In this document: piece after piece, positions 38,063-47,523 of the stretch | Numbering within the stretch: the first letter of the stretch is position 1 | How the letters are laid out: each line of letters opens with the position of its first letter | Virus record (IMG/VR): IMGVR_UViG_2896589216_000005 | From: a virus | Taxonomy: Duplodnaviria > Heunggongvirae > Uroviricota > Caudoviricetes | Length of the DNA stretch: 52,416 nucleotides | Strand: one strand, 5' to 3' | The notes under the pieces: model-generated | What the model was told of the DNA's origin: nothing | What the model saw: only the letters and a program-made list of their open reading frames with translations | Databases searched by the model: none | Made by a program: the position numbers and the translations under genes

Positions 38063-40525
38063 TCTTGTTATTGACCTGAGTCTGGATGCTGTCCGTTTCG
38101 ATGAGCAGATGAGCCGGGTAAGGCGTCATTTTTCATGTCTGGATACCGACGCCAGAAAAACCGCCAGTGCTGTTGAACAGGGCCTGAGCCGCCAGGCGCT
38201 GGCTGCACAAAAAGCCGGGATTTCCGTCGGGCAGTATAAAGCGGCCATGCGAACCCTGCCCGCACAGTTTACGGATATCGCCACGCAGCTTGCAGGTGGT
38301 CAGAATCCCTGGCTGATCCTGCTGCAACAGGGCGGTCAGGTGAAGGACTCCTTCGGCGGGATGATCCCCATGTTCAGGGGGCTTGCCGGTGCGATCACCC
38401 TGCCGATGGTCGGGGTCACCTCGCTGGCGGTGGCGACAGGTGCGCTGGTGTACGCCTGGTACCAGGGAGATTCCACGCTTTCAGCGTTTAATAAAACCCT
38501 GGTTCTTTCCGGTAATCAGTCCGGACTGACTGCCGATCGTATGCTGACTCTCTCAAGAGCCGGGCAGGCAGCAGGGCTGACGTTTAACCAGGCGAGAGAG
38601 TCACTGGCAGCCCTGGTGAATGCCGGTGTGCGTGGTGGTGAACAGTTTGATGCCATCAACCAGAGTGTCGCGCGTTTTGCGTCTGCATCCGGTGTGGAGG
38701 TGGATAAAGTCGCTGAAGCCTTCGGGAAGCTGACCACTGACCCGACGTCGGGACTGATGGCGATGGCGCGCCAGTTCCGTAACGTGACGGCAGAGCAGAT
38801 TGCGTATGTTGCACAGCTGCAGCGTTCCGGAGACGAGGCCGGGGCATTGCAGGCGGCGAACGATATCGCCACGAAAGGCTTTGATGAGCAGACCCGTCGC
38901 CTGAAAGAAAACATGGGAACACTGGAGACCTGGGCGGATAAAACAGGGAAGGCATTCAAATCGATGTGGGATGCCATTCTGGATATCGGTCGTCCTGAAT
39001 CCTCAGCGGATATGCTCGCCAGTGCGCAGAAGGCATTTGATGAGGCGGATAAAAAATGGCAGTGGTACCAGAGCCGGAGCCAGCGCCGGGGAAAGACCTC
39101 CTCTTTTCGTGCGAACCTTCAGGGGGCATGGGATGACCGGGAAAATGCCCGTCTGGGTCTGGCAGCGGCCACGCTGCAGTCGGATATGGAAAAAGCCGGT
39201 GAACTGGCGGCAAGGGACCGGGCTGAGCGTGAGGCGTCACAGCTGAAGTATACCGGAGAGGCGCAGAAGGCGTATGAGCGCCTGCAGACGCCGCTGGATA
39301 AATATACCGCCCGTCAGAAAGAGCTGAATAAGGCCCTGAAAGACGGAAAAATCCTGCAGGCGGATTACAACACGCTGATGGCGTCGGCAAAAAAGGATTA
39401 TGAATCGACGCTGAAAAAGCCGTCAGGTGTGAAGGTGTCTGCCGGTGAGCGCCAGGAAGACCGGGCGCATGCAGCCATGCTGGCGCTTGAAACCGAGCTC
39501 AGGACGCTGGAAAAACACAGCGGTGTGAATGAGAAAATCAGCCAGCAGCGCCGGGATTTATGGGAAGCGGAAAATCAGTATGTGGTCCTGAAAGAGGCCG
39601 CCACGAAACGGCAGTTATCTGAGCAGGAAAAATCCCTGCTGGCCCATGAGAAAGAAACGCTGGAGTACAAACGCCAGCTGGCTGAGCTGGGCGACAAGAT
39701 TGAACACCAGAAACGGCTGAATGAGCTGGCACAGCAGGCGGCGCGGTTTGAACAGCAGCAGAGCGCGAAGCAGGCGGCAATCAGCGCAAAAGCACGCGGA
39801 CTCACCGACCGTCAGGCGCAGCGGGAGTCGGAAGAGCAGCGCCTTCGTGAGGTGTACGGTGATAATCCGGCTGGGGCGAGTGGGCGGAAAGTGCGACGGA
39901 CAGTTTTTCGCAGGTTAAAAACGCGGCCACGCAGACCTTTGACGGTATTGTACAGAATATGGCAGCGATGCTGACCGGCAGCGAACAGAACTGGCGTGGT
40001 TTCACCCGTTCTGTGCTGTCCATGCTGACAGAGATTTTTCTGAAGCAGGCGATGGTGGGGATAGTCGGGAGTATCGGCAGCGCCATTGGCGGGGCTGTTG
40101 GTGGCGGCGCATCCGCGTCAGGCGGTACAGCCATTCAGGCTGCGGCGGCGAACTTCCATTTCGCGACCGGGGGATTTACGGGGACGGGGGGTAAATATGA
40201 ACCTGCGGGGATTGTTCATCGCGGGGAGTTTGTCTTCACGAAGGAGGCGACCAGCCGGATTGGCGTGGGAAATCTTTACCGGCTGATGCGCGGCTATGCC
40301 ACCGGCGGTTATGTCGGTGGCACCGGAAGTCCGGCGCAAATGCGGCGTTCAGAGGGTATCAGATTTGAGCAGAACAACAACGTGGTGATTCAGAACGACG
40401 GTACGAATGGTCTGCCAGGTCCACAGATGCTGAAGGCAGTGTATGACATGGCCCGCAAGGGTGCCCGTGATGAAATTCAGGCACAGATGCGCGATGGTGG
40501 TCTGTTCTCCGGAGGTGGACGATGA
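38043..40525 (+). pseudogene. H: Tape measure protein H, frameshifted (1-bp deletion in G-run at about 39874)
   Basis: Lambda gpH homology moves from ORF 38043-39974 to the frame of ORF 39959-40525 near CTGGGGCGAG. Confidence 0.85.
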
Positions 40526-40851
40526 AGACCTTCCGCTGGAAAGTGAAACCCGGTATGGATGTGGCTTCAGCCCCTTCCGTCAGGAAAGTGCGCTTTGGTG
40601 ATGGCTATTCCCAGCGAGCGCCTGCCGGGCTGAATGCCGACCTGAAAACGTACAGCGTGACGCTTTCTGTTCCCCGTTGGGAGGCCACGGCGCTTGAGTC
40701 GTTTCTGGCTGAGCACGGGGGCTGGAAATCCTTTCTGTGGACGCCGCCTTATGAGTGGCGGCAGATAAAGGTGACCTGCGCAAAATGGTCGTCGCGGGTC
40801 AGTATGCTGCGTGTTGAGTTCAGCGCAGAGTTTGAACAGGTGGTGAACTGA
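40522..40851 (+). CDS. M: Minor tail protein M
   Basis: 109-aa ORF near-identical in pattern to lambda gpM. Confidence 0.92.
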   Translation: MKTFRWKVKPGMDVASAPSVRKVRFGDGYSQRAPAGLNADLKTYSVTLSVPRWEATALESFLAEHGGWKSFLWTPPYEWRQIKVTCAKWSSRVSMLRVEFSAEFEQVVN

Positions 40852-41549
40852 TGCAGGATATCCGGCAGGAAACACTGAATGAATGCACCCGTGCGGAGCA
40901 GTCGGCCAGCGTGGTGCTCTGGGAAATCGATCTGACAGAGGTCGGTGGAGAACGTTATTTTTTCTGTAATGAGCAGAACGAAAAAGGTGAGCCGGTCACC
41001 TGGCAGGGGCGACAGTATCAGCCGTATCCCATTCAGGGGAGTGGTTTTGAACTGAATGGCAAAGGCACCAGTACGCGCCCCACGCTGACGGTTTCTAACC
41101 TGTACGGTATGGTCACCGGTATGGTGGAAGATATGCAGAGTCTGGTCGGCGGAACGGTGGTCCGGCGTAAGGTTTACGCCCGTTTTCTGGATGCGGTGAA
41201 CTTCGTCAACGGAAACAGTGACGCCGATCCGGAGCAGGAGGTGATCAGCCGCTGGCGCATCGAGCAGTGCAGCGAACTGAGCGCGGTGAGTGCCTCCTTT
41301 GTACTGTCCACGCCGACGGAAACGGATGGCGCTGTTTTTCCGGGACGTATCATGCTGGCCAACACCTGCACCTGGACCTATCGCGGTGATGAGTGCGGTT
41401 ATCACGGTCCGGCAGTCGCGGATGAATATGACCAGCCGACGTCCGATATCACGAAGGATAAATGCAGCAAATGCCTGAGCGGCTGTAAGTTTCGCAATAA
41501 CGTCGGCAACTTTGGCGGCTTCCTTTCCATTAACAAACTTTCGCAGTAA
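40851..41549 (+). CDS. L: Minor tail protein L
   Basis: 232-aa ORF with the conserved Cys cluster of gpL. Confidence 0.92.
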   Translation: MQDIRQETLNECTRAEQSASVVLWEIDLTEVGGERYFFCNEQNEKGEPVTWQGRQYQPYPIQGSGFELNGKGTSTRPTLTVSNLYGMVTGMVEDMQSLVGGTVVRRKVYARFLDAVNFVNGNSDADPEQEVISRWRIEQCSELSAVSASFVLSTPTETDGAVFPGRIMLANTCTWTYRGDECGYHGPAVADEYDQPTSDITKDKCSKCLSGCKFRNNVGNFGGFLSINKLSQ

Positions 41550-41553
41550 TCCC

Positions 41554-42297
41554 ATGACAGAGACAGAATCAGCGATTCTGGCGCACGCCCGGCGATGTGC
41601 GCCAGCGGAGTCGTGCGGCTTCGTGGTGAGAGCGCCGGAGGGGGAAAGATATTTTCCCTGCGTGAATATTTCCGGTGAGCCGGAGGATTATTTCCGGATG
41701 GCTCCGGAGGACTGGCTGCAGGCAGAGATGCAGGGTGAGATTGTGGCACTGGTCCACAGTCATCCCGGTGGTCTGCCCTGGCTGAGTGAGGCTGACCGGC
41801 GGCTGCAGGTGCAGAGTGATTTGCCGTGGTGGCTGGTCTGCTGGGGGGCGATTCACAAGTTCCGCTGTGTGCCGCATCTCACCGGGCGGCGCTTTGAGCA
41901 CGGGGTGACGGACTGTTACACGCTGTTCCGGGATGCTTATCATCTGGCGGGGATTGAGATGCCGGATTTTCATCGCGGGGATGACTGGTGGCGTCACGGT
42001 CAGAATCTCTATCTGGATAATCTGGAGGCCACAGGGCTGTATCAGGTGCCGTTGTCAGCGGCGCAGCCGGGCGATGTGCTGCTGTGCTGTTTTGGTTCAT
42101 CGGTGCCGAATCATGCCGCCATTTACTGTGGTGACGGCGAGCTGCTGCACCATATTCCTGAACAACTGAGCAAACGAGAGAGGTACACCGACAAATGGCA
42201 GCGACGCACACACTCCCTCTGGCGTCACCAGGCATGGCACGCATCTGCCTTTACGGGGATTTACAACGATTTGGTCGCCGCATCGACCTTCGTGTGA
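41554..42297 (+). CDS. K: Tail assembly protein K (JAB/MPN + NlpC/P60)
   Basis: ATG at 41554 (MTETESAILAHARRCAP); HSHP motif. Confidence 0.9.
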   Translation: MTETESAILAHARRCAPAESCGFVVRAPEGERYFPCVNISGEPEDYFRMAPEDWLQAEMQGEIVALVHSHPGGLPWLSEADRRLQVQSDLPWWLVCWGAIHKFRCVPHLTGRRFEHGVTDCYTLFRDAYHLAGIEMPDFHRGDDWWRHGQNLYLDNLEATGLYQVPLSAAQPGDVLLCCFGSSVPNHAAIYCGDGELLHHIPEQLSKRERYTDKWQRRTHSLWRHQAWHASAFTGIYNDLVAASTFV

Positions 42298-42836
42298 AAA
42301 CGGGGGCCGAAGCCATCCGGGCGCTGGCCACACAGCTCCCGGCGTTTCGCCAGAAACTGAATGAGGGCTGGTATCAGGTGCGCATTGCCGGGCGTGATGC
42401 AGGCGAAAACGAATTATCTGCCCGTCTTAATGAGCCGCTGGCAAATGGTGCCGTGATCCACATCGTACCGCGTCTGGTGGGAGCTAAAAGTGGCGGTGTG
42501 TTTCAGGCGGTGCTGGGGGCAGCTGTTATGGCGGTTGCTATATGGATGCCGGGGGTAGGAATTATGGCGAGTAATCTGCTGTTTTCTCTCGGTGCCAGTA
42601 TGACGCTTGGCGGTGTTGCACAGATGCTGGCACCGAAAGCCAGAACTCCCCGTACACAGACAACGGATAACGGCAAACAGAACACCTGTTTCTCATCACT
42701 GGATAACATGGTTGCCCAGGGCAATGTCCTGCCTGTTCTGTACGGTGAAATGCGCGTGGGGTCACGTGTGGCATCTCAGGAGATCAGCACGGCAGATGAA
42801 GGGGATGGTGGTCAGGTTGTGGTAATTGGGCGGTAA
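42195..42836 (+). CDS. I: Tail assembly protein I
   Basis: Matches lambda gpI; overlaps the K 3-prime end as in lambda. Confidence 0.85.
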   Translation: MAATHTLPLASPGMARICLYGDLQRFGRRIDLRVKTGAEAIRALATQLPAFRQKLNEGWYQVRIAGRDAGENELSARLNEPLANGAVIHIVPRLVGAKSGGVFQAVLGAAVMAVAIWMPGVGIMASNLLFSLGASMTLGGVAQMLAPKARTPRTQTTDNGKQNTCFSSLDNMVAQGNVLPVLYGEMRVGSRVASQEISTADEGDGGQVVVIGR

Positions 42837-42908
42837 TATTATTTACTCATGTTCTAACTGATTTAATATTTATATCGAACACTGATAATTATTCTATTGG
42901 TTAGCTAT

Positions 42909-43205
42909 ATGAACAAAACGATTTTATTCTGCACGATTATTGCCTTAACAGGATGTAAATCTTTGGATTACGTAAAATCCGGAAAACCTGTAATGGAAGG
43001 TAATTCATTAAAAAATATTGATGAATTGTCAGGCTGCATATCCAGACAATGGGCTGGTAATGGAACACCTATAACATCCCTTCCTATTGAGAATGGGGTA
43101 AGCCTTTTAGTTCCACAGGCTATGGGGGATATGATATTGTGCTTGATATCAAAAAAGCAGGAAATGGCAGTAGTTTTACTCTTTATGAACGTGTACCAGC
43201 ATTAA
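42909..43205 (+). CDS. Lipoprotein moron between tail genes I and J (possible Cor-like exclusion protein)
   Basis: Signal peptide MNKTILFCTIIALTGC with lipobox; AT-rich flanks; own terminator hairpin downstream; lambda has no gene here. Confidence 0.6.
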   Translation: MNKTILFCTIIALTGCKSLDYVKSGKPVMEGNSLKNIDELSGCISRQWAGNGTPITSLPIENGVSLLVPQAMGDMILCLISKKQEMAVVLLFMNVYQH

Positions 43206-43269
43206 CGCCAAAAATTTTTGCTGATAGTGTTAATGCATGTAAATAATAGTTAATCCTGCCGTAACTCAT

Positions 43270-43299
43270 GAGCCGCCTTTTGGGCGGCTTTGTTGTTTA
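43270..43299 (+). terminator. Hairpin plus T-run after the lipoprotein moron
   Basis: AGCCGCC-TTTTG-GGCGGCT followed by TTGTTGTTT. Confidence 0.4.
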
Positions 43300-43312
43300 T
43301 GGAGTGTGAGGA

Positions 43313-46300
43313 ATGGGTAAAGGAAGCAGTAAGGGGCATACCCCGCGCGAAGCGAAGGACAACCTGAAATCCACGCAATTACTGAGTGTGATCGATGCCA
43401 TCAGCGAAGGGCCGATTGAAGGTCCGGTGGATGGATTAAAAAGCGTGCTGCTGAACAGTACACCGGTGCTGGACAGTGAGGGGAATACCAACATCTCCGG
43501 TGTTACGGTGGTGTTCCGGGCAGGTGAGCAGGAGCAGACACCGCCGGAGGGATTTGAATCCTCCGGTTCCGAGACGGTGCTGGGTACGGAAGTGAAATAC
43601 GACACGCCGATCACCCGGACCATCACGTCTGCAAACATCGACCGTCTGCGCTTTACCTTCGGTGTGCAGGCACTGGTGGAAACCACCTCAAAGGGTGACA
43701 GGAATCCGTCGGAAGTCCGCCTGCTGGTTCAGATACAACGTAACGGTGGCTGGGTGACGGAAAAAGACATCACCATTAAGGGCAAAACCACCTCGCAGTA
43801 TCTGGCCTCGGTGGTGGTGGGTAACCTGCCGCCGCGCCCGTTTAATATCCGGATGCGCAGGATGACGCCGGACAGCACCACAGACCAGCTGCAGAACAAA
43901 ACGCTCTGGTCGTCATACACTGAAATCATCGATGTGAAACAGTGCTACCCGAACACGGCACTGGTCGGCGTGCAGGTGGACTCGGAACAGTTCGGCAGCC
44001 AGCAGGTGAGCCGTAATTATCATCTTCGCGGGCGCATTCTGCAGGTGCCATCGAACTATAACCCGCAGACGCGGCAATACAGCGGTATCTGGGACGGGAC
44101 GTTTAAACCGGCATACAGCAACAACATGGCATGGTGTCTGTGGGATATGCTGACCCACCCGCGCTACGGCATGGGGAAACGTCTTGGTGCGGCGGATGTG
44201 GACAAATGGGCGCTGTATGTCATCGGCCAGTATTGCGATCAGTCAGTGCCGGATGGCTTTGGTGGCACGGAGCCGCGCATCACCTGTAACGCTTACCTGA
44301 CCACACAGCGTAAGGCGTGGGATGTGCTCAGTGATTTCTGTTCGGCGATGCGCTATATGCCGGTATGGAACGGGCAGACGCTGACGTTCGTGCAGGACCG
44401 ACCGTCGGATAAGGTGTGGACCTATAACCGCAGTAATGTGGTGATGCCGGATGATGGCGCGCCGTTCCGCTACAGCTTCAGCGCCCTGAAGGACCGCCAT
44501 AATGCCGTTGAGGTGAACTGGATTGACCCGGATAACGGCTGGGAGACGGCGACAGAGCTTGTTGAAGATACGCAGGCCATTGCCCGTTACGGTCGTAACG
44601 TCACGAAGATGGATGCCTTTGGCTGTACCAGCCGGGGGCAGGCACACCGCGCCGGGCTGTGGCTGATTAAAACGGAGCTGCTGGAAACGCAGACCGTGGA
44701 CTTCAGCGTGGGTGCAGAAGGGCTTCGCCATGTACCGGGCGATGTCATTGAAATCTGTGATGATGACTATGCGGGTATCAGCATCGGCGGGCGCGTGCTG
44801 GCGGTGAACAGCCAGACGCGGACACTGACGCTCGACCGTGAAATCACGCTGCCATCCTCCGGCACCACGCTGATAAGCCTGGTTGACGGACAGGGGAATC
44901 CGGTCAGCGTGGAGGTCCAGTCCGTCACCGACGGCGTGAAGGTGAAAGTGAGCCGTGTTCCTGACGGCGTTGCCGAATACAGCGTGTGGGGGCTGAAGCT
45001 GCCGACGCTGCGCCAGCGCCTGTTCCGCTGCGTGAGTATCCGTGAGAACGATGACGGCACGTATGCCATCACCGCCGTGCAGCATGTACCGGAAAAAGAA
45101 GCCATCGTGGATAACGGGGCGCACTTTGACGGCGACCAGAGCGGCACGGTGAATGGTGTCACGCCGCCAGCGGTGCAGCACCTGACTGCCGAAGTCACCG
45201 CAGACAGCGGGGAGTATCAGGTACTGGCCCGCTGGGACACGCCGAAGGTGGTGAAGGGCGTGAGCTTCCTGCTTCGCCTGACCGTGACAGCGGACGATGG
45301 CAGTGAGCGGCTGGTCAGCACGGCCCGGACGACGGAAACCACATACCGCTTCAGGCAGCTGGCGCTGGGGCGTTACATGTTGACGGTCCGGGCGGTAAAT
45401 GCGTGGGGACAGCAGGGCGATCCGGCGTCGGTATCGTTCCGGATTGCCGCACCGGCAGCGCCGTCGCGGATTGAGCTGACGCCGGGCTATTTTCAGATAA
45501 CCGCCACGCCGCATCTTGCCGTTTATGACCCGACGGTACAGTTTGAGTTCTGGTTTTCGGAAAAGCGGATTACCGATATCAGGAAGGTTGAAACCACAGC
45601 GCGCTATCTTGGCACGGGGCTGTACTGGATAGCCGCCAGTATCAATATCAAACCGGGCCATGATTATTATTTTTACGTTCGCAGTGTGAACACCGTTGGC
45701 AAATCGGCATTCGTGGAGGCTGTTGGTCAGCCGAGTGATGATGCATCCGGTTATCTGGATTTTTTCAAAGGCGAGATAGGGAAAACCCATCTGGCTCAGG
45801 AGCTGTGGACGCAGATTGATAAAGGTCAGCTTGCGCCTGACCTGGCTGAAATCAGGACGTCCATTACGGATGTCAGCAATGAAATCACGCAGACTGTCAA
45901 TAAGAAACTGAAAGACCAGAGTGCGGCAATCCAGCAGATACAGAAGGTTCAGGTTGATACAAATAATAATCTGAACAGCATGTGGGCTGTGAAGCTGCAA
46001 CAGATGAAGGACGGACGCCTTTATATTGCGGGTATCGGTGCCGGTATTGAGAATACGCCAGCAGGAATGCAGAGTCAGGTGCTGCTGGCGGCAGACAGGA
46101 TTGCGATGATTAATCCTGCGAATGGCAACACAAAGCCGATGTTTGTTGGTCAGGGCGATCAGATATTCATGAACGACGTGTTCCTGAAACGCCTGACGGC
46201 TCCCACCATTACCAGCGGCGGTGATCCTCCGGCATTTTCCCTGACACCGGACGGGCGGCTGACGGCGAAAAATGCCGATATTAGCGGTAACGTGAATGCG

Positions 46301-46792
46301 AACTCCGGGACGCTCAACAACGTCACGATTAACGAGAACTGTCGGGTTCTGGGAAAACTGTCCGCCAACCAGATTGAAGGCGATCTCGTTAAAACAGTGG
46401 GCAAAGCTTTCCCCCGGGACTCCCGTGCACCGGAGCGGTGGCCATCAGGGACCATTACCGTCAGGGTTTATGACGATCAGCCGTTTGACCGGCAAATTGT
46501 TATTCCGGCGGTGGCATTCAGTGGCGCTAAGCATGAGAGAGAGCATACTGATATTTACTCCTCATGCCGTCTGATAGTGCGGAAAAACGGTGCTGAAATT
46601 TATAACCGTACCGCGCTGGATAATACGCTGATTTACAGTGGCGTTATTGATATGCCTGCCGGTCACGGTCACATGACACTGGAGTTTTCGGTGTCAGCAT
46701 GGCTGGTAAATAACTGGTATCCCACAGCAAGTATCAGCGATTTGCTGGTTGTGGTGATGAAGAAAGCCACTACAGGCATCACGATTAGCTGA
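43313..46792 (+). CDS. J: Central tail fiber / host specificity protein J
   Basis: 1159-aa ORF collinear with lambda gpJ. Confidence 0.95.
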   Translation: MGKGSSKGHTPREAKDNLKSTQLLSVIDAISEGPIEGPVDGLKSVLLNSTPVLDSEGNTNISGVTVVFRAGEQEQTPPEGFESSGSETVLGTEVKYDTPITRTITSANIDRLRFTFGVQALVETTSKGDRNPSEVRLLVQIQRNGGWVTEKDITIKGKTTSQYLASVVVGNLPPRPFNIRMRRMTPDSTTDQLQNKTLWSSYTEIIDVKQCYPNTALVGVQVDSEQFGSQQVSRNYHLRGRILQVPSNYNPQTRQYSGIWDGTFKPAYSNNMAWCLWDMLTHPRYGMGKRLGAADVDKWALYVIGQYCDQSVPDGFGGTEPRITCNAYLTTQRKAWDVLSDFCSAMRYMPVWNGQTLTFVQDRPSDKVWTYNRSNVVMPDDGAPFRYSFSALKDRHNAVEVNWIDPDNGWETATELVEDTQAIARYGRNVTKMDAFGCTSRGQAHRAGLWLIKTELLETQTVDFSVGAEGLRHVPGDVIEICDDDYAGISIGGRVLAVNSQTRTLTLDREITLPSSGTTLISLVDGQGNPVSVEVQSVTDGVKVKVSRVPDGVAEYSVWGLKLPTLRQRLFRCVSIRENDDGTYAITAVQHVPEKEAIVDNGAHFDGDQSGTVNGVTPPAVQHLTAEVTADSGEYQVLARWDTPKVVKGVSFLLRLTVTADDGSERLVSTARTTETTYRFRQLALGRYMLTVRAVNAWGQQGDPASVSFRIAAPAAPSRIELTPGYFQITATPHLAVYDPTVQFEFWFSEKRITDIRKVETTARYLGTGLYWIAASINIKPGHDYYFYVRSVNTVGKSAFVEAVGQPSDDASGYLDFFKGEIGKTHLAQELWTQIDKGQLAPDLAEIRTSITDVSNEITQTVNKKLKDQSAAIQQIQKVQVDTNNNLNSMWAVKLQQMKDGRLYIAGIGAGIENTPAGMQSQVLLAADRIAMINPANGNTKPMFVGQGDQIFMNDVFLKRLTAPTITSGGDPPAFSLTPDGRLTAKNADISGNVNANSGTLNNVTINENCRVLGKLSANQIEGDLVKTVGKAFPRDSRAPERWPSGTITVRVYDDQPFDRQIVIPAVAFSGAKHEREHTDIYSSCRLIVRKNGAEIYNRTALDNTLIYSGVIDMPAGHGHMTLEFSVSAWLVNNWYPTASISDLLVVVMKKATTGITIS

Positions 46793-46810
46793 ATTTTATA
46801 ACCCAGATAC

Positions 46811-46837
46811 GGGCACCAGAAATGGTGCCTTTTTTAT
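46811..46837 (+). terminator. Hairpin plus T-run between J and lom
   Basis: GGGCACC-AGAAAT-GGTGCC followed by TTTTTT. Confidence 0.45.
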
Positions 46838-46859
46838 TGCAGAAAAGCGAGAGGTAATT

Positions 46860-47459
46860 ATGCGTAAATTATGTGCTGTTATTCTGTCCGCAGTAGTCTG
46901 GCTGGTTGCCGCTGGTATGCCAGCGAGCGCAGCAGAGCATCAGTCCACACTAAGCGCCGGGTATCTTCAGACCCATACTGATATGCCAGGCAGCGATGAT
47001 CTGAACGGGATTAACGTGAAATACCGTTATGAGTTTACGGACACGCTGGGGCTGGTGACGTCATTCAGTTATGCCAATGCCAAAGATGAGCAAAAAACGC
47101 ATTACAGCGATACCCGCTGGCATGAAGATTCCGTGCGTAACCGCTGGTTCAGCGTGATGGCGGGGCCGTCTGTGCGCGTGAATGAATGGTTCAGCGCGTA
47201 TGCGATGGCGGGTGTGACTTACAGTCGTGTGTCGACTTTTTCCGGGGATTATCTCCGTGTAACTGACAGCAAGGGGAAAACGCACGATGTGCTGACCGGA
47301 AGTGATGACGGTCGCCACAGCAACACGTCTCTGGCGTGGGGGGCTGGCGTGCAGTTTAACCCGACCGAATCCGTGGCCATTGATATTGCTTATGAAGGCT
47401 CCGGCAGTGGTGACTGGCGTACCAACAGTTTCATCGTTGGTGTCGGCTATAAATTCTGA
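46860..47459 (+). CDS. lom: Outer membrane protein Lom (Ail/PagC family)
   Basis: 199-aa ORF with signal peptide; near-collinear with lambda Lom. Confidence 0.9.
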   Translation: MRKLCAVILSAVVWLVAAGMPASAAEHQSTLSAGYLQTHTDMPGSDDLNGINVKYRYEFTDTLGLVTSFSYANAKDEQKTHYSDTRWHEDSVRNRWFSVMAGPSVRVNEWFSAYAMAGVTYSRVSTFSGDYLRVTDSKGKTHDVLTGSDDGRHSNTSLAWGAGVQFNPTESVAIDIAYEGSGSGDWRTNSFIVGVGYKF

Positions 47460-47485
47460 TTAGCCAGGTAACACAGTGTTATGAC

Positions 47486-47513
47486 AGCCCGCCGGTTCAG
47501 GCGGGCTTTTTTG
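47486..47513 (+). terminator. Intrinsic terminator after lom
   Basis: AGCCCGCC-GGTTCAG-GCGGGCT followed by TTTTTT. Confidence 0.5.
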
Positions 47514-47523
47514 TGGGGGGAAT

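Noticed and set aside
40749-41555. 268-aa minus-strand ORF
   Set aside because: Antisense to tail gene L, which has clear lambda homology
44243-46000. 585-aa minus-strand ORF
   Set aside because: Lies entirely antisense to the J tail-fiber gene, which has strong collinear homology to lambda gpJ; long antisense ORFs are expected in GC-rich coding DNA
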